Shown here one piece after another: positions 26,148 to 39,700 of a stretch of 64,000 bases of DNA. Position 1 is the stretch's first letter. Each line of letters opens with the position of its first letter. The translations under genes and the position numbers were made by a program. Location: contig CM119266.1 in the NCBI GenBank assembly GCA_051294375.1, positions 9,556,538 to 9,620,537 on the forward strand. The letters run 5' to 3'. The DNA is from Paraspadella gotoi. Lineage: Eukaryota; Animalia; Chaetognatha. A model generated the notes under the pieces. That model had not been told where the DNA came from. It worked only from the letters and a program-made list of their open reading frames with translations, and did no database searches.

Positions 26148-28441
26148 CTACCACATAAATCTTTGTTTGTCCGAGCTTCCTTCCCAATCGAACGGCTTAA
26201 ACATATACAGTCCAAGAGTCAACGCATCTACCCCAGCGTAAACGGTAAATTCGCTCACAGTCGACTTGAAACTCGGCGAGATAAGATGCAAGCGGAACAT
26301 CATGTAAGGAATAATGAAATATCGAAATTCCAAAAGCTGAACAAGGAAGTAAAATAAGGCCCGTAATTATGTGCAAAAACCTAACGGGAAGCAATAAATC
26401 GCGTCAAACCTTTTGCGGTACAAGAGAAATGAAAACGCAGAAAAAATATATAACGCGCCATCCGATGTGCATATGATTAAGGGCTCGATGCATGATGATG
26501 AGGCAGAGGATATACACTAAGTTATAAAAATGAAAAATAACGAAGACTGAGCCGGATCAACAAATAAAATTGTTTGAAAACCTGGAAGCAAGGCGAATTT
26601 TATAGCGGGATGTCGCGTAAATACTTTGTTCCATACGTAGAAGGTGTAATGTCGGTTGTCGGCCAGCAAATAAGGATGCGCATGAGTGAAATAATAAATT
26701 CCAATAAAGGAAAGAATCGTACAAACTGAAAAAAAAAAAAAAATTAAAATCTGTCATTTCAGGTGTAAACATTGAAACGTCAACAGAGGTTTGTTACCGA
26801 TAATGATCTGGATCCGTTTTCTAAACGTCATCAACGCTGATCGTAAATTGGTTTTCGAAACCACGTGCGGCGCGGAAAAAAAAACCGTGAAACAAGCGAA
26901 GTAAAACAGCTGAGAGAAAGAAAATAACACTTAATTTACTTGTCTAAATTTATTTGACAATGTACGCGTTGAGCCTCGAAGTTACCTGAGGCAAGTGGAA
27001 AACTGATTTATGCATCTCTCGATCACCGACGACGACGCCTCGATTGAATATGAGGAAAATCAAGAAGCAGACCCCAACCATCGCGTATCCCCACAACCGA
27101 CCGAACATATCTTTCAAAAGGTCGAGGACTGTCTGCAAACCGGCGTGTATCAAGCTAAAAAATTTTTCCAAATATTATTGTCAAAAATTTTTTAAATAAT
27201 ATCAAAGACCGAACCAAATAATAAATATCGGTTAAACTCAAAACCTGGGCGCCATTTCGATTCCCGTGGACAAATCGCTGAACATCAAAACGGAAAATTC
27301 TCCCACGAGGTGGCCGAACACCGTGAAAAATCTCTGACTCGGAATATCGGCCTCTAAAATGTCGCCGATGATGTCGAATATCGCGTCGGCAGCAGCAACG
27401 GCGGCTACACGTTGGGATCAAATTTGCAATTAGCCACTAGGATTTTTTTTCTTCCTTACCGACATGGTCGGGGTTCAGGGGTCACCGTTTACCGGTAAAA
27501 AAAACCCAAACGATGTTGGACTGGCGAAACAAAACGGAGACGTAGCCAAAAAGCGCCGCGGTCAAATGATAATCGTGAAGGGACAGCAGGTACATGAGGA
27601 GAACGAAAAAAGTTGAACCTAAAAAGCCAAAGGTCACAGTACGTACGTTACAGAAACGCCTAACACGAGCGCAACCCCGCTATGGCAAAACTAACCGCAG
27701 TCGGTGTAGTAGAAAAACGTAAAGAAATGAAGGAGCGGAAAGTGGACGAGAGTAAAGGCGGTCAACGACGCCGCCGAAACCGCGTATCCCTGGATCTTCC
27801 GGTTCAAATGATAAATGACGTAGTAATTTCCGACGGCGAATATCAAATTCACGAGCCGCAAATGAAAAACGTTGCAGTCTACTGACAATCCTGAAATATT
27901 TAATAAAACTATTAAAATAAATTACTTGCTAAAAATTAAATTATTGGTACCAGGACTCTAAAAAGATTGGTTGTTAAATTTAAATTGACTATTCTAAAAC
28001 TTTTCAGACTAAGCTGGTCGTATGCTTAGCAAGTCGTCAGCTGTACTACACGTGACTACACATTTTTGACGTAAAAATAGCGATTTAGATCAAATTAATA
28101 AATGGTTCTCTGCATAATTGAAAAGTATCCGTTCCCTTCAAACTTAAGGAAAATATTCTTTTAAAGTTGTGATTATGACCCATGACATTATTAATGTACA
28201 AGAACTAACCTAAGATTCCGCAACTAAAAATATAGAGTCCTGGTAACGTGGTTATCTTTGGATCCCAGTCACTAAACGTGCCATTGCAAAATCTTTGTGC
28301 TTGAGGTACGTGATAAACTTCGTCCATGTACGGTTCAGGGTTAACATAGTCCATCACTTTGAACAAAACAGCCGTCACCGCTAAATACAAGGCGAACATT
28401 GACATGCTCTCGAGCCGCAGAAAATCCTCTATCCTCGCCAT
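26148..28441 (-). CDS. ALG10: Dol-P-Glc:Glc2Man9GlcNAc2-PP-Dol alpha-1,2-glucosyltransferase
   Basis: PYMDEVYHVPQAQ, WDPKITTLPGLY, RQSNIVW, VVGDR, HPYLLADNRHYTFY, EFRYFIIPY...QRFMW*. Confidence 0.95.
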
Positions 28442-28589
28442 TTTCCCGAAATAGTTTCGACGCTTCCGTTGAAAAACCTACATAACTACATACTTCTAGA
28501 AAAAAAAAATAATGAGAATAGTTCGCGAACGCAAATAAATGCATTTATACGAAATAATGAAAATTTAGTATTACAATATAGTTAACAAA

Positions 28590-28960
28590 TCATGAGGGCC
28601 CCATTTTCACGAGCCGGAGACCGCATTTTTCGTCTCGGCAAAAACGTGGGAGATTCTGAGCCCGAAATGTCTGCTAAAGTTGAGTCGGGATTCAGGAGAA
28701 GAAAAATCCCGGAGCGACATCTCGCTCCACCATCACCGAAGAGGGAGCCTGCGTCTGCGGGCTACATTTTACATCCGGATCAAGTCCGATTTTTGCAGGG
28801 AAATCCAAATGCAGCCAGGATGTAACTCGCGTAGTACGGGCCGCTTCGAAACCGACCATCAGCTGTGGTTGCAGGCAGCTGGCCTACGTCCGCAGTGAAC
28901 AAGAGACAAAGAAATAAATCCCATTTCCATTCCATGCGAGGTTTCGTACCATGAATCGAA
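28590..28960. promoter_or_regulatory. GC-rich divergent (bidirectional) promoter / 5' leader region between ALG10 and RNF11
   Basis: The only head-to-head junction between conserved genes in the window. A CpG-rich island with several hairpins. Function inferred from position. Confidence 0.5.
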
Positions 28961-29054
28961 TTCGTTTTTCGTCTAAGTTGCCACTTCTTAACTATTGGAC
29001 GTAAATATGTAGTCTACACAAATTTCTAACGAAAAATGCGCTGCAAAGAAAAAA

Positions 29055-30458
29055 ATGGGTAACTGTTTGCAAACACCTACGTCCGATGACATTAGTCTTT
29101 TAAGAGGCAGTGATGGAAACCCCGACGCCAATGATCCCAGCGATCTTGACTCTCCGCCACCCTACAACCAGGAGCAAGTACGTATTACCAACTGAGTTAA
29201 GCTGCCTAATCTTTTGTTTCTTTAGGTAATGTCACAAATTATAGTAAAGTTACTACGCGATAATTTCGAACTGTAAGCCTCCAACAAACGTAGGATAAAA
29301 AGCCGTAGCAGCATCAAATCATAAAATAACTTATGACGGTCATGAGGCTTGATTAGGCAATCGAGGCATTCTTAATTATTAAATTTCATGACTATATTTG
29401 ATAAGAGGCGCTCATGTCAAAATTACGGTTAAACTAAACGAGAAAAAAACGAAATTTAGTATTTACTTTCAACCCAAAACTTAGTTATTATTCAAAATAG
29501 TAAAATTACACTTGATCAATAACTGTCTCGAAAATACGTCAATTGAAATGTTAATTTTTAATACCCGCCAAGTATAATCTAACCGATTTATGTAAATGCT
29601 GTTCAAATAATTATCCCGTTTAAGGAATCCCTCGCTCCAACATCGCACGGGGGTCCACCAAGCCCCCTGAGAGCCTCCACGAGCACAACTCCAGCTCCCC
29701 TTCTCCCTCACTCCACACATCATTCCGGTTCGTCGAGATCAAGTCATCATCACAGAGATGCTCATGCCAGAGATCAAGCTTCGTTTTTGGGTAATTTCAG
29801 CCTAATTAGCTATTCGAACCCAATCCTATTTCGTGTTAACTAAAACTCTATTCAAACGGGGATTGAAAAAAATCGGTCATTTCATTACATTAATTAATGT
29901 GATTTTCTATAATTAGTAATTTAGTATTAATTACTCTCTCACTCTTAAAGAAGTAATTCTCCGCTAAAAATGAATATCTAAATATCTTTAAAGGAGGTCA
30001 CCGAGGTCAAGGAAGTCACATACCAATCTATCACCCAAGCCCAGGCGTTAGCAGACCGGCCCATTTATTAACCGAAGAAGAACAAATCAAGATTGCTCAG
30101 AGAATCGGTAGGTTCATATCATAATTTCCAACAAATAGATAATAAGAAATATAATTTTACGTTTCTGCAGGATTAATTCAACATCTACCCATGGGACATT
30201 ATGACGAGGCTAAGAAAAACCAAGAATGTATAATATGCATGACGGAATTCATGCCAGGAGATCCAGTCCGCTACCTCCCATGCATGCATACATACCATAT
30301 GCTATGTATAGGTAGGTCTAATAAAAAATTTAGTCAAAACACGAGTTTACCTGTTTTTATTTTTTTATCTAGATGATTGGCTGATGCGATCGTTCACTTG
30401 CCCATCATGCATGGAACCAGTTGATGCTGCACTGCTATGTTCTTATGAATCGACATGA
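29055..30458 (+). CDS. RNF11: RING finger protein 11
   Basis: MGNCL N-terminus, PPPY motif, LTEEEQIKIAQRIGLIQHLP, RING-H2 CIIC..LPCMHTYH..CIDDWLMRSFTCPSC; five exons. Confidence 0.93.
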
Positions 30459-31488
30459 ACTAGAAGATACTCTAGCTATACCAGAAATATGATTCGTGAA
30501 TCGCCTAGTGGCTTCCTTTTTTTTTCTAGAAATATTACCTTCGTATTCCTGTATTAAGTTCGTCTTAGTAAATAGATAGTTGTTATTGTTACAAAGGAAG
30601 TCTTCCTGGGTAAATGCTTCTACGAAACGCTTAAAAATTGTTGACAGAATATAGAAAGAAAATACAAAATATGCAGTGAAAAAAAAGACCTTCAAAGGTA
30701 GCCTTTTCAAGTCGTAAATCAATCGGAATTTATTTATTCTCTGAGATTTTACGCCGGAGGAACTTTGACCAAACTTTACTACTACAGAAATTTTACTCAT
30801 TGAAAAGCATTAAGTTCGTACAAATAATTATAATAATCTGAAATTAAAAATTATTTTTCTGGGAATTTCATATAACGGAACTGTTTAAAAACTAATATCT
30901 CATATTAAAGACGGTCAAAGCGAATTTTGCCGCATATTTTGTTTACCTGTTAATCGTATACTATTTAATTCTTCGCTTCGAAAATAAAAGTAATATTATA
31001 ACATAGGTATTTCCTAACAACATCGCTTTTTCTGTAGAGAGCATATTCCCAAGAAAAACACTGAAAACTTAATTTTATACTATTTGAAGCTACTTACCAT
31101 GCTCGATTAAAGTCACTGCTACTAACTATCCCACACATCTGAAATGGATACTTCCCCCTAAATAATTTATTTTGAGTATAAACCCAAAAATTTCAATTGC
31201 TTTTCTCAAATATTATGATATTGTGCTACTTGGTTATGATTAACCAAATACGAGTCACTGAAATTGTTTTATTGCTTTGAAATACTTGATTATATTCAAA
31301 TAACTTTTTTTAAAACCTTGATAATAGTAGTATTCTCAAAGTAATATTGGCCAACTGCTTTGCACGCCAAACTTGAAATACAATTGTAAAATGACTAATG
31401 TTCAGTTGGTGTTATCTATGTATTTAAAAATAAATTTGCATTGATGAACCTGACGTAATGAATTCGAAAGTCGATGTAAATCAAGAGT

Positions 31489-32114
31489 AAACAAATTTGA
31501 GCAAACAATGTCGGATCTGCCCACGATCATTAGCGGTAATGAATTAATAAATTAATTAATTTGATCCGAAATGTTTATTTTTAGGTTTTTCTGTCTCTGA
31601 CCACGACAAAAGCAACGACGACAATAATGCCGGTAACGATTGATTGAATAATTAATTAATTGATAAATAAATTGATTTATTGAATAATTAATAGATAAAT
31701 TGATTAATTAAATAAATTGATTAATTAATTGACTAATTGATTAATTAATTGACTAATTGATTAACTATTTGATTAATTAATACATCATTTTGTATTTACA
31801 TTTAATATAAAAAGAAAAAGAAGCTTAATCAATTAGTGAAACAGGTTTTTTGTTTTTTCAATTAAAACTCATTTCCACTCGCACGATTCCATCAAAACTT
31901 CATATCCAGCTCAATCACACACTTCCCTACAAAATTTCATTCCAATCGAACCATCCAATCACAAATAGTTGGAGTTTTTGCTAAGGTGGGACGGACGGAC
32001 AGACATTTTTTTCCAAAAATTATCATAATTCGATGTTCTGACAAGATTGAGAGGGCGGACCGACAAAGTGAATTATAGAGTCGAGATCTGCTGATAAGCA
32101 GATCCGACTAAAAA
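31489..32114. mobile_element. Non-autonomous Helentron/DINE-1-like (HINE) element, most intact copy
   Basis: Subterminal inverted repeats GTCGGATCTGC / GCAGATCCGAC, terminal palindrome GATCTGCTGATAAGCAGATC, GGAC/AGAC microsatellite at ~31989-32005, internal TTGATTAA repeats and A/T-run flanks. Confidence 0.72.
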
Positions 32115-33759
32115 CCAAAATTCACACGAATTAGTATTTAAGTTTTAGACTCAATCTGACGCCTTTGGGTAGGTCTCTCAATTTATGAAAATGGTACGAC
32201 CAATACAAAATTATAAAAATATTCATATGATAATAACTCAAGTTCAGACTGTCTCACTCCCGATAGTACCTGGTTTCTATAACAATGAAGCGGAATGGAG
32301 ATTGGAGAGGATTATTTTGCTGATATCCGCAAAACCGTCTTAGACCAACTGGGGTCGACCGTGCCGCCCGTGATAAACTGACCTTGTCGTCTTCGAGTAA
32401 GAGTGTCTCGTGCTTTACAATCGCCAGCCCGGCCGCCGCACGCCGACATCGCCAGCAAGAATCACCTCACAACTACCTTAAAAGCTTAAATATTAGGACG
32501 TCAAAGATGTCGTTTGTTACCACACACTAGCAACAAATGGAAGGCGCTGACTATTTTCAATAGACATCAACAAACATTTCAATAATAAATATTTGGATAA
32601 ATAAATTGTTTATCAATAATTTATCAATAAGTTAAACTAATTTAATAACGTTTTAAAATAAATACTTCGTTCAATTCGAGTAAATTTTTTGTAAAGTGAT
32701 AATGTAAATTTGGGCTCCATGCCTATCACAAGAATAAGAACAAAGCAAATCCTTGCAAACTTTTAATTAAAATTCTATAAAATTTACAATTTAATAATTA
32801 ATTCTTTTATTAATCTCAAAATTTATCAACACGTAAAATTTTAATATTAATATTATGCTAAATGTATAACTTTTCAAAAGTTATCTTGCGAATTTTATTT
32901 ATTATAAAAAAACTCCTGAAGCTGAACGAAGTGTATATAATAATTTTTAATATTATAAATGACAATAAATCGCTATTTTTCAAAAACCATGAGTAACAAA
33001 CTAACATTTTTCTAATATCATTTTAATTTTTATTGTGTTTCCATTCACACTACTACGCCCTTTATCTCTTTTATCTTATTTTTCTCTTTTTTTTCTTCTC
33101 GCATAAAAAATGGTTAAACTAAAATTTTATAGCTAACTTTAATTAAATAATAACCTCTTATTAACTATTGAGTGACAATGTCAATAAATTAAAATTTATG
33201 AAAAATTTCAAGATTGCAAGATATCATTTTAAAGCGGGACGGGATAGCTCAACGTTTATTTCTGTACAATGTTTGAAACAGATTTGACCGATTTAAGAAA
33301 CAAGAGTACAAACGATTGGAACCCTTCAAGCATTACAACAATACAGAGGAATTATCAAAAGCATACACAAAATTAACATCAGTCACACTTGAATCACATA
33401 TAACAGTTTAACAAATTTTAGGAAAAAAGTAAGGAAAATTGCTGCCTAGATCGCATCTAGAAACCTTCGAAAGCAGTCAAACAAATTAGCCACATTGGTA
33501 TTGAATAATAAAAACGAATAGTTATATACAGTTCCTTAGTCCATCGTTGTTGCCAGTTCTTTGCCAATGTCTAATTACTTTGAGCAGTCACCTGTTCACG
33601 ATATACAGGCATATAATGAAGGACTATTCCAATATCCAAACATCAACCTAAAATTAAAAAATAGTCAACAATATTAAAACTGCAATCCAACAAATAAACG
33701 CTATTATACAGTAAAAATTGAACAAACAACGTAATGCTTTATAGCGGTTGAGTCCACAC

Positions 33760-36700
33760 TTAAAATATCCTACCATTTTCGGATGGTTTGGAGGAAAACT
33801 GAGAATAGCATCCTCGGGTAGATCCTTGCGCAGGATTGTGAATAATTGCTACCCCAGAACTGTTTACTGGACCTTTACTGGGAGGTGGTGAAATTGATTC
33901 ATAATGAGTAGGCATTTCCTTAGTAATTTGTGAAAAGTTTGAGTTCGGGGTCGGATTCATTCTCATTAATTTTGCCGCAGGGGGTGAAGGTTCCAAGTCT
34001 ACTACAATAGGTTGATTGTCGATTCCCTTTCCTCGTTCCATGGGGCGTTTCGTAATTTTGTGCTTCCAATTAAAATGTTCAGATGCAGTATTTGGAATGT
34101 CCACTTCGTTTCCTTTGTTATTACGACCCTCAGAAAAGTATTCTTCGTTTATGATGGCATCTATTCCTTGCCCAAGAGTAATGCTTTTATTATTAGCTAA
34201 ATGATTGACAAGATTTTGAGGACCCAAATTATTTCCGCTTCCACTGGCTTTTCCCAAAGCCTTCTGTTGCTTATACAATTGGGAAACGTCGTCCGGTTTC
34301 GATAAAATTTCAACACCGCCAGTGTCTAATACTACACCACCGCTTGATCGGGATTTTGGATTATCAGTTATACTCTTGGTAATTATTGCGTCAATTAAGT
34401 TCTTTGTTGATAATGTTACTGGCGCTACTTCGGGCTGTTCAATTTTGGAAGTTGTATGAGCAAAATTGCTTATGACCCTTGGATGACTCGGGCCAGTCGA
34501 AAATGACTGATTGGGTAATCTCTCGAGAATTCCATGGGAATTATCGACGTGTTTCGACGTAGGAATAAATCCATCTCGAACTAACGGCGGTAACATTTTT
34601 CGATCAAAACGGTTGTTGGGCAAGTAATTATCTACATCTCTTTCAAGCCGATTCACTCGTTGTTCACGATCATAAGCCGAGCTTTCAGAATCTGTTCTTG
34701 TTCTTTCTGAATCAGTTCTAGTTCTCTCACTGTCTATTCTGTTTCGTAAGTTTCGTGCATCTTGATAAGCTCGCATTTCACTTTCATACTGCGATAGCTT
34801 TTCAACGACACTTTCCTTTGAAGCTTCCATTTCATCCAAAATTTCTTTTCTTTCCCGCTCTCGTGGAGATTTGCCCCCAGCGTTTGCTGGTTGATACTGG
34901 TAAGCGGAAACTACATCTTTTTCTCTAAAAGGTGAGACGCGGGAGGATCGTGTGGATGGGATAACTCTTGGCACATCCAGAGTAGGAGCCTGCGCAGCCA
35001 CGTCCACTAACGCCTGAAAAGCTGAGGAGTGCTCTGATGGCCCTCTGGGACCATCTTCTGGATGCTTGACATTAGGATTGAAGGTTCTTGACGGATCAAA
35101 AACTAAATTTTGGCCTGGATTATGAATAACGCCAAACTTATTATTGTGAGCTAAATGTGCATCTGTCAACAATCCTCTAGTGTGTCTTGGCGAGGTATTC
35201 ATTGTAGAACTACTTTGAGACGCATAAGCCGGTATACAAACCTGTGGAGAGACAGGCGAGTGTCCACGCTTATTTTGCGATAGCTGTGCCTTGGGTGGAA
35301 TGTTAGCAACCTTATTTGAATAAGCTTCCACTGATTGGGCTATAATATCAGCCTGATTAAGATATATTTTCTTATCAGAACTATTCATTATGAGTCCAGA
35401 AGGAGGTTTAACCAAAATATTGTTTGATAATGATTGGCTGGAGACCAATGATGACCCATCTAATGGATGCATGCCTCTATTTTTCATTGCTTGAGCAACT
35501 GCATCTTTTGTTGCCTGTTCGCGCTTAGCACCCAAATCATCAGAAGAAAATCTTTTGTTACCTACATTATGCATCATGTTCTGCGATGTGTGAAAATCTG
35601 TTGCAAGCGTTGATTTAGAGAGGTCGTTTCTTTGAGCACCTGAATTTTTTACGTGGAAAAACGAAGCACTGTCCAGTATAATACCTTGTTCGTCGCTGTG
35701 TCTGGATCGAATTCTATCGGTAGATACCAGCATTGAACTACCAGGAAAAGTCACAGAAGTTTGGGGCGAGGATTGTAGAGTTTGGGGATGTGGTGGAGGC
35801 ATAACACGAGAAGCAGAAAGACCAATATTCAATTCTGAAGCATGAGAGGGTAAAACTGTTGGAGTCCCTCTTGTTATAGATCCATGACTTTGGAGTGGTG
35901 AATGGCTGGGTGAAGGTGCCGCATACGCAATAGGAGTTCCCATTGAAATAGAGCCAACATTACTCGGGGATCCTAAATGACCATGTGAATTTGAATAAAG
36001 AGGAAGACCTGTAATTGCGGGAGAAACTTTCGGCGAATTCGTTATGGATAGCGAAGAGTGAACACTGACGGGATGAGGACTTCCTATATTTCTACGATTT
36101 AAAGAATTTTGACTTGTATTTTTGTTTTCAAACTGAAAACTTCTACAATCATTCGTGTGCTGTGGATCTACAGGAGGTAAAATTTTTGGGTGATGAGAAT
36201 GGGCAGAGGGTGGAGTTAAATGATCATTAATGCGGTTGAAATCGGGATCAGAATTTAATCTATGATTAATCGCATATCCTGGATGAGGGACCGAATTGGT
36301 TGAAATGTGTTGAGACGGATTAAATTCACGTGGAAAAGGATGTGACGAATCTGGATATGGCGATGTTGGAGTACCTCGTCCATGGTTCCTTCCACTCATT
36401 GAAGCATAGGGGGTAGAGGGACCAGGAGACAATACATGAGAACGACTCCCTGATCGTGGTAACTCTCCGGAGCTACTACTAGGACGAGATAAATCCTGAG
36501 GCTCTGAATCAATTTCAGCTAATTGCAAATTACTCTCTGAATGAGACACAGCGGGTGAAAGTCTTACTGGAGGTCCAGAAGTGTCACGGAAATTTCTTTC
36601 TATAGTAGTTTGTATTATTTCTTTAACACTACTAGTACCTTGGGGAACTACTGCTTTTCCAATAAAAGATCGCGGCAGATTGGAAAGAGGCACAAGTGAT

Positions 36701-39700
36701 TGTCGAGGAGGTACTTCTACCTCGCTTCCTCTTTGAACGCCACTAGATACCGCCCGGCTGAATGGGGGAGTCATAGAACATCTTCTTTGTCTCTGCGGTG
36801 TAATTGTTTCATGCGATTCATCAGCACTTAGCGTAGTACTGCTATCATTGTCACAGTTATCGCTTTTCCTTTTCACGCTATCACTACGTTCTCGAAAAGG
36901 CATACTTGTAACAGGTTGAGTCGATCGGAGTATGCTCGAGTGTACCATCTCATTAGGTGACTCAATAGAGAGTGCTTTATTCTGAGAAGAATTCGCAAAT
37001 TGAGTTCCTTCATCTGTTGGGACCATTTCATTGGATCGATTTGATGAAGAATTCGCGTCTGAATATTTTGGCTTAACCACTACATCCGGTAAAGGACTAG
37101 GAGCACTATCAGTGTCTGAGCTTGAATCTGCATTATCTTCTTCATCTGTAGCAACAGACGACATGTCACCTAAATCATCATCTAAATCGTCATCATCATT
37201 AACCGAAGAAACAACACTTTCACAGGTTGATACTGTTCGACGGTTATCTTGAGTCGCCCCAGAAAGAAGTGATTTCTTTTCAGAATCCTTCTGCGTTTGC
37301 TCTTTTTTAAACTGGTGAACAAGTGCTTCTAAGCCTAATTCCCGTTTGTATCTGGCATAAAATCTATGGCACTGAGATGGAGTTTTATCTCCAAGTATAT
37401 TTACTTCATCCATTGACTCTTTTGCAGAGTTCGGATTGACTTTCTCTTCTTTACTAGAAATTAAACTATTGGCAATAGACGACCAGTCTTTTCCAAAATT
37501 GGTAAGAGCATCTTTAAACTTTTTAATTTCACTTTCCGCCCACTGCATATCTTCACCAGCTACGTCGGTCAAAGTTTTAAACTGTGAACCATTTATTCTT
37601 CTGGCTATTCTATTAAAACAAGCGGAGCAGCATTTATCAGCTTCACTGCTTAAGTGCAATTCGGTTACAATTTGCTGTCTTACTTCGACCGTGATTTCCA
37701 ACCAATTTTTCGGAAACGGACGCAGCTTTTTGACTCTACGCTTGGGATTTTTACAAGAAGATATTGGGCAGTGGGTATAACGCTTTCTGACACTTTTACC
37801 ACGGCAACTGTGACAAATTCTTCTGGAAATTTTACTGTCGTTGGTCGGAGCCGGAAGTTCAAAAAATGCACAATCATTTTTCGTTACTTGCCGACTTTGG
37901 TGATAAGAAGAAAGTTGATTCTTACACACGCAACAATTATGCAAGCCATCAGTTTCATTTTTATCCAAATCATTTTGACTGTCACCTTTTTCGGAAAAAC
38001 GTTCTTTATCTTCTTTTCCACTCTCAAGTATATTATTACTAGAGGCATCATCAACGTTAATAGTTCCGTCTGGAATAATTCGTGTTGATTTAGCTTGTTC
38101 TCTAGGAACATCAGAAATATCTCTTGGATCATCACCATCAACTGATTCTTCAGCTTCACGTGCAACATTTGGCTGTTCTATTGGAAGAAGGGTCGTTTCG
38201 TCGCCTGGTCTGGTTGCGATGGGCTTAGTCTTCTCTCGGTATCCCTTCGGTTTACGTGCCGTTTGCTTACGTAACAGCTGTTTGTAATTTTCTCTTTTCT
38301 TCGATTGATAATAAAAAAGTATGCAATCTTGAACAGTTTTTCTTTCCAGATGTGAGGCTATGATTGGAAAATTTTTGGGGTGGTTCAAGTATTGCGTCCG
38401 AAAAATACTTTTTTCGGCTTCAGTCCAATTTGTTGAATTGGCTAATTGTTCCTTGTATTCTGCCATTGGATCTTCTATGACACCATTGTTGTTGACGAAA
38501 GAAATATTTTGATCTTTAGCGTTCAGAATCATGGGTGGAACGACTGCGTACGATTTCATTTTTTTATAATCTTCTTCTTGTTCACGAGAATGATCAACGG
38601 CGGGATCAACCTCGCCTTCCGGCCGTGCCAAACTTGATCTTGGACCAGTTGAAAACGAATTTTCTATGGTGGCAGCACTGGAAATCGAATTAGCGTGTTG
38701 GGAACTGTTTCGAGTCGCTCTCGTTATTCTTTCCCGGTCTTCACGCTGTTTCTTTAATTCGGGAAAAATCCGTTCAAAAAACTCCCGAGTTTTTCCATCC
38801 TTAATACGGCGTTTGGGCGCACTTTCAATTTTTTCCATCTTCTTCAGCCATTCTTGAGAGAGTTGATCGTATTTCTCAGACAAAAATCTTTCGCGAACTT
38901 TCCTCGCGTGATGTTTCTTTCGAAAATACTTTAAAAGCTTCACCCTAAAACGCGCGTGAAATTTCTTATTCTGGTGATAGACCGCTGTATCGCAGGGTTG
39001 ATTGTAGAGTGGAACCGCTTGGCGAAAATCCGGACTCATCAAACTATTTCCAGCCTCCGTAAGAAGAAGTAAAGATTGCGATACCTTCTGACGATTTTCA
39101 GCATAAACCCGTTGAGCGATTAGCAGATGTTTGGGCGTGGATTCGGTTGCGCCCAAACTCGTCACAGCCCCGCAATTCCCAGACTCATTCGTTGGCAATG
39201 GAGTGATCCCCACTTGTTCTTCGTTTTTCACGTGGAAATTTTCATCTTTGATTCCATCATTAACAAATTCCTTCGCAGGGTCGATCTCCATCTTGACCGG
39301 AACCTCTTCTTTCTTTATCGACCTCGTCGAACTTTCCTTTAAGGTAGACATTTTCTTTTTCAGTTTTCTAATATTTTCCTCCGTCTTCGTGATGTCGTGC
39401 TCAAGTCTCGTAATGTTTTTGAGCATTTCATCCTTAGTTTCTTTTCCTCCGGTTTGAAAAGTCTTTGTCGTCGCTGTTGAAACCTTGGCAATGATTGACT
39501 GAGCGATGGGCTCTTCCCCCGAGCCTGGAGTGGGCGAAATGGCTTCGACTTGGGGGACGTAAGACCCGCTGATGGCCGACACGATTTCCGCTCGAGAGCG
39601 ATGCTGCAGGGAAGAAGGCGCGGCCGCGACTCCCGGGGATTCGCGCGCTCGACCGGCGACGTTCAGTTTCTTTGGAGGCATAACGATCGACGATTGTCCC

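Noticed and set aside
26492-26552. C/D snoRNA (ATGATGA...CTGA on the plus strand)
   Set aside because: It is antisense to an ALG10 coding exon and acceptor, and the motif is explained by the coding sequence.
28590-28620. RNase MRP/P RNA (minus-strand AAATGGGGCCCTCA resembles CR-V)
   Set aside because: No matching GAAAGUCCCC-type CR-I half of P4 was found upstream.
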